From the IMG/VR virus record IMGVR_UViG_3300047160_020099, positions 97,937 to 161,936 of that record: a stretch of 64,000 nt of DNA. One strand, given 5' to 3'. Shown in pieces: positions 36,451-45,906 of this stretch (its first letter is position 1; each line of letters opens with the position of its first letter). The notes beneath the pieces are model-generated. The model had not been told where the DNA came from, ran no database searches, and saw only the letters and a list, made by a program, of their open reading frames with translations. The stretch is from a virus. The position numbers were made by a program, and so were the translations under genes.

Positions 36451-37604
36451 GTTGTAGAATACTCGACATGATCCCGGCTCTTGCCATCATCCCTGAATCG
36501 AGCTACTTTCCAGCGTCCAGGGAAGAGGAGTTCATCACGGCTCTGGGAGACCAGGACCGCTACACGGTCTGCCAGCCGTTGAGCTCCTTGCGGGAAGTTG
36601 CCCTGGACGGCCAGGGCCGGACAGTGCATAACGGAGAGCAGCTGACCACGCTGGCTCTTTACCAGATATGCCAGGTAGCTTGTCCGGGCATGTACCAGTT
36701 CGTCAACGAGCTGTCTGGCGTGAATCGGCTGGACGACACGATCAGGGAAGATTACTCGCTGTCGGAAGCTCTGACGATCTATAACCAGGTCATCAGGCGT
36801 CGCTTCCAGACGCGACTGCAAGGACGCCAGGTCGTCCGGCACACCAAGGACAAGCTGGTAGCCGGCGTGGTCGGCCCAAAATACAGGCGGTTGCCAAACA
36901 AGGTCCTGTACGACGGCATCAAGCAGCTACTGTCCAGCTCGCAGAAGCCGCCTCTGTTCTACGAGGCCGTCCTGAACGGCTGGTGGCTGCTGCTTCGGTA
37001 CTACAAGCCGAAGTCGATGTTCGTGGTAGACGGTCCTATGGGCGAACGCGACCGGTTCTTCCAGGGCTACCACTTCTCCAACAACGAAGTGGGTGAGGCA
37101 GCCGTGAAAGCTGCCGCGTTTGTGCTGCGAGACTCAGGACGGACGGCTGCCTTGTGTCCGTCTTCTTCAGGTGGCCGAGTCATCCATACCGGTGGCACCT
37201 TTAACGAACGTCTGCGGCGTGTCCTGTTTGGTGTCAAGGACAGACTCGGAGAGCCAGACGTCTACAGAAACCGGGTACTGGCCTTGCTGAGTACCAACCT
37301 ACAGCTGGGCAATGGACAAGCTGAACCTGGCGAGCGTCGTGAGGAGGAGCTTGTCCATCGCCTGGTGCGTAGAGACTTGAGACATACTGTCGCGAAAGAC
37401 GTGGTGAGCTCCCTGCTTGTGCAGGGCAGCTATGATGACCATCCTGTGCCAGAAGGTATAGCCAGGGTCGGGCGACAGACACGTACAGCTTACGACCTCT
37501 TTACGGCGTTGGGACGTGTTGCCAAGCGACTGTCGATCAGTGGGAGAGAACAAGCTGAACAGGTTGCGTATGCCTTGCTTGTCGGTAAGTTTCGGGTTGT
37601 TTGA
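36447..37604 (+). CDS. DUF932-like phage protein
   Basis: GVVGPKYRRLPN, GYHFSNNEVG and C-terminal TAYDLF.A pattern. Confidence 0.55.
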   Translation: MSCRILDMIPALAIIPESSYFPASREEEFITALGDQDRYTVCQPLSSLREVALDGQGRTVHNGEQLTTLALYQICQVACPGMYQFVNELSGVNRLDDTIREDYSLSEALTIYNQVIRRRFQTRLQGRQVVRHTKDKLVAGVVGPKYRRLPNKVLYDGIKQLLSSSQKPPLFYEAVLNGWWLLLRYYKPKSMFVVDGPMGERDRFFQGYHFSNNEVGEAAVKAAAFVLRDSGRTAALCPSSSGGRVIHTGGTFNERLRRVLFGVKDRLGEPDVYRNRVLALLSTNLQLGNGQAEPGERREEELVHRLVRRDLRHTVAKDVVSSLLVQGSYDDHPVPEGIARVGRQTRTAYDLFTALGRVAKRLSISGREQAEQVAYALLVGKFRVV

Positions 37605-37617
37605 AGGAGCTAGAACG

Positions 37618-38604
37618 ATGGGTAAGATGGTTACGTATCGGGGTGGTGAGAAGAAGACTTACACCCCTCGTGAAATCCAGGCGATCAAGACTGCGATGAC
37701 CCCGGCTCTGCTTGGCAAGGCCAACAAGGTCGGCGACATGCTGAATCAGTTTGCCCTGGATAACTTGAAGCGGGTCTGGAGCATCGGCGCCATCATCGTC
37801 GATGTCAAGGAGAACCCGGAAAAGTACGGTCAGACCGAACTGGCTGACGGCAGCAAGCTGCCGCCGTTCGATGCGATGGCCGTATCGCTGGGTTACAGCC
37901 GTTCGTTCCTGACTCAGCTGGAGGCCTTCCGTCGGAAGTTCAACGAGGAAGAGCTGAAAGCGTTGCTGGAAATGCGCAGTCGAGCTTACGGCCGGCCCGT
38001 TACATGGCAGAACGTTCAGCGGTTGCTGTGGCTGGACAATCACAAGACACGAGAGCGGTTGCTGAATCAGCTGTGTGAGAACAGCTGGGATGACGGGCAA
38101 CTCATCGAGGCCGTTGACAAGGCCCTGAACCGCGGTGCGGCTGACCGACATGCCGGCGGTCGGCCAGTCACCATCCCGCCGACACTCGACGGCCGGTTGA
38201 ACAACTGCATCAAGGTGGGCGGCATCTGGGCGCGCAATGTCGATGCCATCTACACCAACGGCCTGTTCGGCTTTGTCCACACAGTCGAGACCCTTCCTGC
38301 CGACAAGCTCACTCAGCCTCTCATGGACAAGATGGATGCGGCTGAAGACCAGATCGACAAGGTCATCGAGAAGGCCGAGGAGGTCAAGCGCGAGCTGGCC
38401 AACGCCCGTGAAACTGCCCAGCGGCGTGTCGAAGAGCATGTCAAGGCTCAGGAGGAGAAGGAGGCCGAGGCTGTTGACGCCGACTATGTGATCAAGGATC
38501 CGAACATGCAGCTGGAAGATCACAGCAACGACGAGAAGCCAGCCGACAGTGACGGCGAGGCGCCCCGACATCGCCGCGGTGCTCAAGAACCGGTCGGTAC
38601 CTGA
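37618..38604 (+). CDS. hypothetical protein
   Basis: AAGGAG RBS before ATG 37618; strong codon bias. Confidence 0.7.
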   Translation: MGKMVTYRGGEKKTYTPREIQAIKTAMTPALLGKANKVGDMLNQFALDNLKRVWSIGAIIVDVKENPEKYGQTELADGSKLPPFDAMAVSLGYSRSFLTQLEAFRRKFNEEELKALLEMRSRAYGRPVTWQNVQRLLWLDNHKTRERLLNQLCENSWDDGQLIEAVDKALNRGAADRHAGGRPVTIPPTLDGRLNNCIKVGGIWARNVDAIYTNGLFGFVHTVETLPADKLTQPLMDKMDAAEDQIDKVIEKAEEVKRELANARETAQRRVEEHVKAQEEKEAEAVDADYVIKDPNMQLEDHSNDEKPADSDGEAPRHRRGAQEPVGT

Positions 38605-38658
38605 TCATCCCCTTCCGATGGCCGGGAGCTCGCCCACTCCCGGTTTTCTTTCACACCC

Positions 38659-39063
38659 ATGATCTTCACAGTAGAAGAACTGGCCATCGAGCAATACGAG
38701 CTGGACAAGATACGTCCGGCCACGATCATCGACCGTAATGAAGGCGAGATCTGGCTAGTCAGGGAACAGCCGTTCGAAACGGAACTGTCGCCGCGGTATT
38801 TGATGACCGTCGAACATGCGCACGTACGTATACCGCTGTTCCCATACCTGACCAGGGGTACAACGCCGAGTGTGGCAATGGGCATGGCCATGAAGCTTGG
38901 GATCCTTGCGGTGAACGAGCTTTACGACAGCATCGGCCGGCACATCGTGCCACAAGTTGATATAGTCAGGACTCACATCGTGCTCGGTCAACCTGTGCAA
39001 GACCTGAGCTCGTCTTTGCGTTTTTGGTGTGGCGTCGGTTTTCTGATAACCAGGAGGAATTGA
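38659..39063 (+). CDS. hypothetical protein
   Basis: 134-aa ORF. Confidence 0.55.
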   Translation: MIFTVEELAIEQYELDKIRPATIIDRNEGEIWLVREQPFETELSPRYLMTVEHAHVRIPLFPYLTRGTTPSVAMGMAMKLGILAVNELYDSIGRHIVPQVDIVRTHIVLGQPVQDLSSSLRFWCGVGFLITRRN

Positions 39064-39064
39064 G

Positions 39065-39574
39065 ATGGCGCCGGAGGAACCCAACAAGCAGATGGATACC
39101 ATCGTGCAGACGGAGCGAATGATCGATGAGCTGCTCGCCGAGACAAAGCCTGCTCCGGAAGAGCAGGTGCCTGGCAACAACCAGCTGCCTTCGCAGGAGG
39201 TTTGCCAGCAGCGGCTGGTTGTTCTGCGCAACAAGATGATGGGAGTATCCGACCAACTACGCGCGACGTCACAGGCGTACTACTACCTGTGTGAAGTGGT
39301 GCAGGGTCGCGCAGATCTGCCTGGTGCATCGCTTGTGTTGCATCCGCGAACACCGGACGGGCCAGACCAGACAACCGAGTTCGCAAGGCTGCCACTCAAT
39401 GCAGACAGCCGCGAGGTAGTCGAGTTCATGCTGGCCCAGGCGGCATTGGCTTATCTGCAATGCTGGAAGGCCGTGAAAGACACGGCCGACGAAGCTGACC
39501 GAGTCTGCGAGCAGCTTACCCGCTACAGCGGGGCCAGCGAGCTCTCTCAGGAGCTGGCAGACCATCAGGCGTGA
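39065..39574 (+). CDS. hypothetical protein
   Basis: AGGAGG RBS. Confidence 0.65.
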   Translation: MAPEEPNKQMDTIVQTERMIDELLAETKPAPEEQVPGNNQLPSQEVCQQRLVVLRNKMMGVSDQLRATSQAYYYLCEVVQGRADLPGASLVLHPRTPDGPDQTTEFARLPLNADSREVVEFMLAQAALAYLQCWKAVKDTADEADRVCEQLTRYSGASELSQELADHQA

Positions 39575-39593
39575 AACCCGTATGCGTTCGAGT

Positions 39594-39628
39594 AAGCACC
39601 GGGCTAATCGCCCGGTGCTTTTCTATTT
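39594..39628 (+). terminator. Rho-independent terminator
   Basis: AAGCACCGGGC-TAATC-GCCCGGTGCTT followed by TTCTATTT. Confidence 0.7.
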
Positions 39629-39640
39629 GTAGGAGGTACG

Positions 39641-39838
39641 ATGCGACACCGCCGTTTCGCTACAAGCGACTTTGACGAAGCCGTGGCGCTCATGCACCTG
39701 TTGCACGCCAATGGTGTCCCCTACGACATTGATGTGCCAACAGGGCAGCCGGACTATGTGATCATGGTGCCAGAATCGCACCGACAGCGGATCGAGCAGC
39801 TTCTGTCACAGCACGACGACGAGCAGGAGACAAGCTGA
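39641..39838 (+). CDS. hypothetical protein
   Basis: AGGAGGT RBS. Confidence 0.6.
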   Translation: MRHRRFATSDFDEAVALMHLLHANGVPYDIDVPTGQPDYVIMVPESHRQRIEQLLSQHDDEQETS

Positions 39839-40737
39839 TGGCTTTGCCGTCCTACAACCTCGAAGCCATCCAGAAGCTACGCCGAAGGTTGTTGGAAGCC
39901 TTGACGCTGGAGTTTGCTGGCTGCACCTTCACCGGACAGGCTTTCGACAACCTGTTGTCGGTCCTGTGCGAAAAGCTGCCTGACGTGCGGTACGCCGTAC
40001 TGCGTGAATCTACCCGCCATCTGGTTGGGGTAATTGCTACCGATGCGCTCTTGAATAGCCTGGCCTGGAGGCTGGCGGGTAATATTCGAATACTCAGGGC
40101 CGGGAGACCAGTACAGCCATGGCTTCGGCAGACCAGCCCAGAATGGGTGCCGTTCCAGATCGTAGCGGTGCGTCGCAACAGAATCAACCTGTGGGTCAAG
40201 GGCACCAACGTCGAGCGTTGGGGCGGCGACGTGTGCTTGCGGATTCTGGCCGGCTCACCAGCCGGCATGGAACTGGACCGCTTCTGGACGAATGCCTACG
40301 TATACACCTTGCGGCAAGAGTTTGGCTTTGACCGCTTCGACCGGCAGCGTTTTACGCATGTCGTCGCCAAAAAGCCAAGCTATCCCTTCAGCGACATCAC
40401 TGAGCTGACCAGGCTGCGTGCGTATGCTACCGTCATGCCGTGTGACGGTAGTGCCGGGCTGGTGCTGGATAGGATACGAAGCTCAGGCACCACCAAGGCC
40501 TGGAACAAGCGGCTACTCAAGATGCGTAGCCGCATCGATTTCCCTTGCCCGTTGAGCTACCCACTGGAACTGGTGCCGTGTCACAAGTGCGAGAAGGGCT
40601 ACGACCAGTGTCCTGCTGGTTGTCACCCTGTCTCGTATACGGCCAGAGTCTGCCCAGAGTGCCAGCAAGAGTCGTGGTTCGAGCCACTAGCTGAGCTGTG
40701 CATTCGCTGTTCCAGGAAGCCGCCCGATCAGCGTTGA
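39838..40737 (+). CDS. hypothetical protein with Cys-rich C-terminal zinc domain
   Basis: CP..CHKC..C..CH..CPEC..CIRC. Confidence 0.65.
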   Translation: MALPSYNLEAIQKLRRRLLEALTLEFAGCTFTGQAFDNLLSVLCEKLPDVRYAVLRESTRHLVGVIATDALLNSLAWRLAGNIRILRAGRPVQPWLRQTSPEWVPFQIVAVRRNRINLWVKGTNVERWGGDVCLRILAGSPAGMELDRFWTNAYVYTLRQEFGFDRFDRQRFTHVVAKKPSYPFSDITELTRLRAYATVMPCDGSAGLVLDRIRSSGTTKAWNKRLLKMRSRIDFPCPLSYPLELVPCHKCEKGYDQCPAGCHPVSYTARVCPECQQESWFEPLAELCIRCSRKPPDQR

Positions 40738-40780
40738 CGGTCCACAAATCGCCCGGCTAGAATTCATTCGGAGGTGAGAG

Positions 40781-43150
40781 ATGTTGCCGCGGATAACGTC
40801 CGAGGTTTTCCACACGTCGTCGTGGCTGAAGACGCCATACTTGAGAGCACCAGGCGTGGTGATGCTCTCGATGCCACAGGTCGAATTGACGCGACTGGAT
40901 GACTTCCTTGGAGGTTTCGACAAGTCGCTGGAGTTCGACAAATACCTGGATGACAACCCGGATCAGTTGCCAGCTGGTGAGAGACTGGTGAAGTTCGCTG
41001 GGCAGCTATGCTATCTGAGCCATGGGGCGAAGCGCTCGTGGAATAAGGACGCACAGAAGTACCTGGACCACATTCTGAGTAGTGGTCATGGCTGTTACGA
41101 CGCTGAAACCGAAGTACTGACGTCAGTTGGTTGGAAAGATTGGCCGTCGGTGACGGAGCGCGACTTTCTAGCCACGCTGAAGCTAGATAGGTCTCTAACC
41201 TATGCGCAGCCTTTGAAAGTCGCGTCTTTCCAGTACGCCGGCCGTATGTGTCGGGTCGAAACAGCTGGTGTGGATCTTCTCGTCACACCCAACCACCAGA
41301 TGTACGTCTGTCCGACAACTACAAGAGAAGGACGCAAGCGAGAGAACTTCCGGCTAGTTACGGCTGAGGAGCTTGGGACAGTCTCCCACGCGTATAGCAA
41401 AGTCGCCGAGACATGGTCTCCATGCAATCCCATCAACTACTCGCACAATGTCATGCGATTTCTCGGCTTCACTATCGGTGATGGCTACTATGCCGGTCGA
41501 GGTTACCAGGTGAAATTTCGACTTCGACGGCCTAGGAAGATTGTCTGGTTACGTGCGCTGATCCAAACACTCTCGAACGAAACGGAAGGTCAGTGGGAAC
41601 TTCAGGAAGGTAAAGACGATCGTTTTACAATCAACTTTCCGTCCTGCCACGCTGATCTTTTTCAGCGTATCTACCTGACTACCGGTGACAAGTGCATTCC
41701 CCAGCACTTGCTGATGACTGGTACCAGGCCAGCGCTGACGGCGTTGCTGGAAGGGCTAATGCAGGCCGATGGTTCCGTAGGTCGAACCGGCAATTCGTAT
41801 GACACGACGAGTCCATTTCTTGTCGGACAGCTTCAGCAGCTATGCTTGCATACTGGTATAGCTGCCAACGTCTGTTACACCTACGGTCCTGAACAGCGCA
41901 CAAGTTCCTTCGGTACTAAGCCTCTTACGCGGCTGTGGCTAGTCTCCAGACAGTTGCATCCCGAGGTGAATAAGTATAGCGGCCAACTAGGTCGGTCTTA
42001 CTGGATAGACGACTGGGCTGGTGAGGTATTTTGTGCGCAGATGCCGGATGATACACAACACGTCTTATATGTTCGCCGTAATGGCCAGCCAGTGTGGTGT
42101 GGTAATAGCGTGCTTGAACACGCCAACTACTCATTCCTCTTCTACGGCATCTCGCGAAGCATGACACACGAGTTGGTTCGGCATCGCGCAGGCTTTGCCT
42201 ACTGCCTGGCGGGTAACACGGTTGTATTCAGTGGTTCAAAATTCCACGGCAAGCTCAACGGTGTTAAGAAACACTGGACCATGAAGCAACTTTACGACTG
42301 GTCCCTTGATAAGAAACGACGCGGTAGGCTCAAGCTACTGACAGTGCGCTGCTGGGATGGCGAATCGTTTGTGCCGACCAGGATTAAAGGCGTAAGCTGT
42401 TCTGGCGAGAAAGAAGTTTTCGACGTACAACTGGCCGACGATAAGGTCATTCGCTGTTCTGCTGATCATCGCTTTCTGGGGAGAGCCGGCTGGAAAGCAC
42501 TTCGAGATTTTCAGCCAGGTGAGGAAATCGCCACAAACGGCTTACCCTTGTACCAGTCCGAAGTGCGCGTGCTGACAGTGAAATGGGTACCAATCGTATC
42601 CATATCCACTGCCGGTATTGAAATGACATATGATCTTGAAGTCGATCATCCGGCTCATAACTTCGTGGCGAATGGTATCGTAACGCACAACTCGCAAGTG
42701 TCGCAACGCTACGTGGACGGCACCAAGCTCCGCTTCGTTGAGCGGCCTGAGTATTGCAATAGTCCAACGCTACACCACATGTTCGAAGAGTGGATTGACT
42801 CCTGCAAGCAGTGCTACGATATCCGCGCGGCTGAGCTTACCGCCACGATGAAGGACACTTTTACGCCAGAGATGACGGCTGTTGACCGTCGCAAGGCCGT
42901 CAACCAGGCCGCTCGTTCTGTTCTGCCAAACGAGACAGAAGCACCCATCGTCGTAACGGCCAATGTCCGTGCGTGGCGACACTTCCTTGAGATGCGGGCT
43001 AGCAAGTTTGCGGAGGTTGAGATCCGCCGGCTGGCCTATGGCGTCTACCGGTGCTTGCTGGAAGTGGCGCCGATGTTCTTCTCCGATTACACAACCGTCA
43101 CACTGCCTGACGGCTACGCCGCGTTGGATACGCCGTACCACAAGGTTTGA
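40781..43150 (+). CDS. thyX: flavin-dependent thymidylate synthase interrupted by two inteins
   Basis: GHG|SVLEHA, SRSMTHELVRHR..Y|SQVSQRY, ARSVLPN, NVRAWRHFLEMR and EIR motifs; ~288 aa after splicing. Confidence 0.93.
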   Translation: MLPRITSEVFHTSSWLKTPYLRAPGVVMLSMPQVELTRLDDFLGGFDKSLEFDKYLDDNPDQLPAGERLVKFAGQLCYLSHGAKRSWNKDAQKYLDHILSSGHGCYDAETEVLTSVGWKDWPSVTERDFLATLKLDRSLTYAQPLKVASFQYAGRMCRVETAGVDLLVTPNHQMYVCPTTTREGRKRENFRLVTAEELGTVSHAYSKVAETWSPCNPINYSHNVMRFLGFTIGDGYYAGRGYQVKFRLRRPRKIVWLRALIQTLSNETEGQWELQEGKDDRFTINFPSCHADLFQRIYLTTGDKCIPQHLLMTGTRPALTALLEGLMQADGSVGRTGNSYDTTSPFLVGQLQQLCLHTGIAANVCYTYGPEQRTSSFGTKPLTRLWLVSRQLHPEVNKYSGQLGRSYWIDDWAGEVFCAQMPDDTQHVLYVRRNGQPVWCGNSVLEHANYSFLFYGISRSMTHELVRHRAGFAYCLAGNTVVFSGSKFHGKLNGVKKHWTMKQLYDWSLDKKRRGRLKLLTVRCWDGESFVPTRIKGVSCSGEKEVFDVQLADDKVIRCSADHRFLGRAGWKALRDFQPGEEIATNGLPLYQSEVRVLTVKWVPIVSISTAGIEMTYDLEVDHPAHNFVANGIVTHNSQVSQRYVDGTKLRFVERPEYCNSPTLHHMFEEWIDSCKQCYDIRAAELTATMKDTFTPEMTAVDRRKAVNQAARSVLPNETEAPIVVTANVRAWRHFLEMRASKFAEVEIRRLAYGVYRCLLEVAPMFFSDYTTVTLPDGYAALDTPYHKV
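41093..42106 (+). mobile_element. intein 1 in thyX (338 aa) with LAGLIDADG endonuclease
   Basis: CYDAETEVLT, VTPNH, FLGFTIGDG, LLEGLMQADG; ends VWCGN|S. Confidence 0.9.
42203..42691 (+). mobile_element. mini-intein 2 in thyX (163 aa, no endonuclease)
   Basis: CLAGNT, CSADHRFL, TYDLEV..HNFVANGIVTHN|S. Confidence 0.92.
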
Positions 43151-43162
43151 AGGAGATTCATT

Positions 43163-43651
43163 ATGCCGCTTGAGTTGGTGTTGCAGGGGCCTCATGGGCC
43201 GTTCCGTACCAATCCCAGTCGCGACATCGCGCACTTCTGGCCTGACATCGTCAACACGATGAAGATGGGCTTGCTTCGCGAGGCCTGGGAGCCGTGGTAC
43301 CGGGACTACCTGGAGTTCCATCACGTTACTGAGGACATGCTCTATGAGACACTCGCGTGTTTCATGAACTTCCTCAAGCTGAGTTTGGAACCAGAGCTTG
43401 ACACACCACTCAAGGCCATCGAGGCCTCGGGCTTTCTCAATTGCCCGCGGGCGGCTCAGCTAGTCATCCTGGCCAAGCTAGGGCAGCTTGGCTCAGGAGC
43501 CTTCTGGTCTGGTGTCCGTTCATCCAATCCGCTGGGGACGACGCCAGGCAGTATCGAACAGATGCAGAAGGATGCCGAGGAGATCAGGAGGATCATATCC
43601 GACAACTGGCAGAAGCCGGGGCCGTGGAATCAACGGGTGGTTACTCGATGA
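43163..43651 (+). CDS. hypothetical protein
   Basis: AAGGAG RBS. Confidence 0.65.
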   Translation: MPLELVLQGPHGPFRTNPSRDIAHFWPDIVNTMKMGLLREAWEPWYRDYLEFHHVTEDMLYETLACFMNFLKLSLEPELDTPLKAIEASGFLNCPRAAQLVILAKLGQLGSGAFWSGVRSSNPLGTTPGSIEQMQKDAEEIRRIISDNWQKPGPWNQRVVTR

Positions 43652-43920
43652 AAGTACTACGTGTGCGGGTCGTCCGCGTGCGTCGTCTCGGCCGGTCATT
43701 GTTACGCCACTTACGGACGAGTGGCTTTGACCGGCGTGCCAATGAGTTGCGACTGCGATTCGCAGGAGCTGTAGCCAGGCTAGGAGCGCTGGTGGCACTT
43801 TACGCGGACGACCCCAGCGTCGTGGAGGTTGTGTGGCAGGTTCGTCTTGGCGTCCTCGGTCTCACCGACCAGATCGACGCCATGGCCGAAGCTTTGCGGG
43901 AACGACAAGAAACCAACTGA
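43648..43920 (+). CDS. hypothetical protein
   Basis: ATGA-coupled start MKVLR. Confidence 0.45.
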   Translation: MKVLRVRVVRVRRLGRSLLRHLRTSGFDRRANELRLRFAGAVARLGALVALYADDPSVVEVVWQVRLGVLGLTDQIDAMAEALRERQETN

Positions 43921-44761
43921 GGAGCTGACAGTGCTGCAGGCCGAGTTGTACTCTCGGCAGGAAGCCTATACAGACCTGGAGACCAGGATGGTCCACATGA
44001 CAGTCAAGCGGCTCTTCGCCCTGATGGAAGGCCGCTTCAGAAACTTCCCGAACGACTACCTGGTCCTTGACACCGAAACCACTGGCGTTGTTTTCGGCGA
44101 CGACCTCATCTGGCAGATAGGTCATTGTTTTGTCAGGAACAGCCTTCCAGTGGACCGCGGTAACGTGCTGCTCGACTGGACACGCCACCCGCGGGTGCAG
44201 CAGAACTGGCTAAGACAACGCATCGAGGCAACCCGCCGGCACGTTGAGTATGACAAGGACGGCCGCCCAACTGGCAAGAAGTTTCATATCACGTACGAAC
44301 GTATGCGCGACGAGGGTGTGAGTCCGGAACCCATCCTGCAGGAGTACCTGGCCTGGTTCGAGGAGTTGCATGAAGACCAGGTCTTTTTCGTGGCTCACAA
44401 CGGCTACCACTTCGACGCCGAAATGCTGACCAGCCACTTTTGGCGTTTCCTCGGCAAGCGATGGGGCTTTGACGATGGCGAGCTGATGGACACCGGCATG
44501 GTGCTCAAGGCCGCTCAGTCGTCCCTGGTACCCTGGACCGGCGAAACACTCCAAGACTTCTCGCGGCGAGCTTACAGTCAGCGGCTGCGAGGCGTTCGCT
44601 GGGCCCTGGACCAGTACGCGGTGCCGAAGTTCGGCCTGGACAAGAAGTACGGACTGGACATGAGCCAGGCCCACGACGCCGGCTTCGACGCATATGTCAC
44701 TCACCTGCTCTTCCAGGAATTCGTCGAGTTCGCCAGGTCCGGCGAACTGAAGGCCACCTGA
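43829..44761 (+). CDS. DEDDh 3'-5' exonuclease (DnaQ-like)
   Basis: VLDTETTG, VAHNGYHFD, DT and AHDAGFD motifs; true start probably further downstream. Confidence 0.88.
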   Translation: MCGRFVLASSVSPTRSTPWPKLCGNDKKPTEELTVLQAELYSRQEAYTDLETRMVHMTVKRLFALMEGRFRNFPNDYLVLDTETTGVVFGDDLIWQIGHCFVRNSLPVDRGNVLLDWTRHPRVQQNWLRQRIEATRRHVEYDKDGRPTGKKFHITYERMRDEGVSPEPILQEYLAWFEELHEDQVFFVAHNGYHFDAEMLTSHFWRFLGKRWGFDDGELMDTGMVLKAAQSSLVPWTGETLQDFSRRAYSQRLRGVRWALDQYAVPKFGLDKKYGLDMSQAHDAGFDAYVTHLLFQEFVEFARSGELKAT

Positions 44762-44846
44762 AAACAGCCTGTTATTGCGTCATTATTGAAAGAGAAGCTA
44801 ACCTAGACTCCGCCTTCGGGCGGCGTCTTTTAGCAAAGGAGGTTTT

Positions 44847-45512
44847 GTGTCCCGCGTTAACTTCCACACAGACCCAGAGGCGTTCGGGGCCTGCTCCAAT
44901 TTTGGCGGCCGGCCGCTGCACGGTCCGTTGAGCAAACTTGTGCTGGGGCTGGATCTCGGTACGAATTGTGGGTACACGTATGCGTATGGCGGTCCTCGCC
45001 AGGTGGAGGGTTCTCTGAATCCAGAGGCCTATCAGAAGATCAGCCGCTATCACATGGGCCAGTGGGACCTCTCGGCAGGTCCGTATGACAGCGGTGCCAT
45101 CCGGTTCCTACGGCTTCGCCACTTCCTGCATGCTACCAGACCCGACGCCGTCTTCTACGAAGACGTGAAGTTCGATCCGCCGGGCGTCAGCAAGATGAAC
45201 GCCGGGGCTGTTCTTGCCCGCGTCGCGACAGCCTCCGAATTCCTCGGCGCCCTCAAGGCCACTGTCTGTACGTGGTGTGAGGAACACGCTGTGCCGTGTA
45301 CCGGCTTCAAGATCGGCACGATCAAGAAGCGAGCAACTGGCCGCGGCAACGCCAACAAGGAGGACATGATCAGAGCATGTAACGAGCTGTTCGGCTCTTC
45401 ATTGGAAGTGGAGGGCTACGAGAGCAGCGGGACTGACAACATCGCCGATTCAGCGTTCGTGTGTCTGCTTGGTCTGGAGCAGTACGCGGACGCCCTTTCC
45501 GATCCTGCTTGA
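44847..45512 (+). CDS. RuvC-like Holliday junction resolvase
   Basis: LGLDLGTNCG, YEDV, IKKRATGRGNANKEDM and DNIADS motifs. Confidence 0.8.
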   Translation: MSRVNFHTDPEAFGACSNFGGRPLHGPLSKLVLGLDLGTNCGYTYAYGGPRQVEGSLNPEAYQKISRYHMGQWDLSAGPYDSGAIRFLRLRHFLHATRPDAVFYEDVKFDPPGVSKMNAGAVLARVATASEFLGALKATVCTWCEEHAVPCTGFKIGTIKKRATGRGNANKEDMIRACNELFGSSLEVEGYESSGTDNIADSAFVCLLGLEQYADALSDPA

Positions 45513-45538
45513 CTCGCACGGGCGCCGGTAACTTCGCC

Positions 45539-45866
45539 GGATAGGGAGTTGTGTGTAAAGGATGCAACAACTTTGAGGTACTGCTCGCCTCCCCAGAGTA
45601 GGCAAGCCGTTAGTGCCTTGGGAAAATCTTGTCCTCGGGATCGCCTGCGACCGGTCCTCCCAAACTGCGGCGTCGCAACTTTCTTTGTATGAAATTAGCG
45701 GCAGCTGCGCCGCGAGGGAGACACGTCGCCCACGTGTCAAGAGGCCCAGGGGCGGCCTCCCCAGAGCAGGTGCGTCGTGAGTGCCTAGGGAACAGGGAGA
45801 GTCATGGACTCCCGGGGTCGTGATCAGAGGCCCGCAGACTAAGGTTGAGCGCATCCAGCCCTGCCC
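45539..45866 (+). ncRNA. candidate ~330-nt structured non-coding RNA of unknown class
   Basis: Intergenic; terminal long-range pairings GGATAGGG/CCCTGCCC, GGATGC/GCATCC and CAACTTT/AAGGTTG; duplicated 38-nt hairpin at 45587 and 45755. Confidence 0.45.
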
Positions 45867-45906
45867 AAACCACGACGATGCGTATCTTTTACTCCTGGAG
45901 GATCTA

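Noticed and set aside
36450-36463. AGTTGTAGAATACT as a copy of the dispersed palindrome
   Set aside because: Two mismatches; left out of the count although it lies at a gene start.
45539-45866. tmRNA, RNase P RNA or IS110 bridge RNA
   Set aside because: No tRNA-Ala-like ends or T-loop, no GAGGAAAGUCC signature, and no intact IS110 recombinase adjacent; the upstream RuvC-like gene looks like an ordinary phage resolvase.
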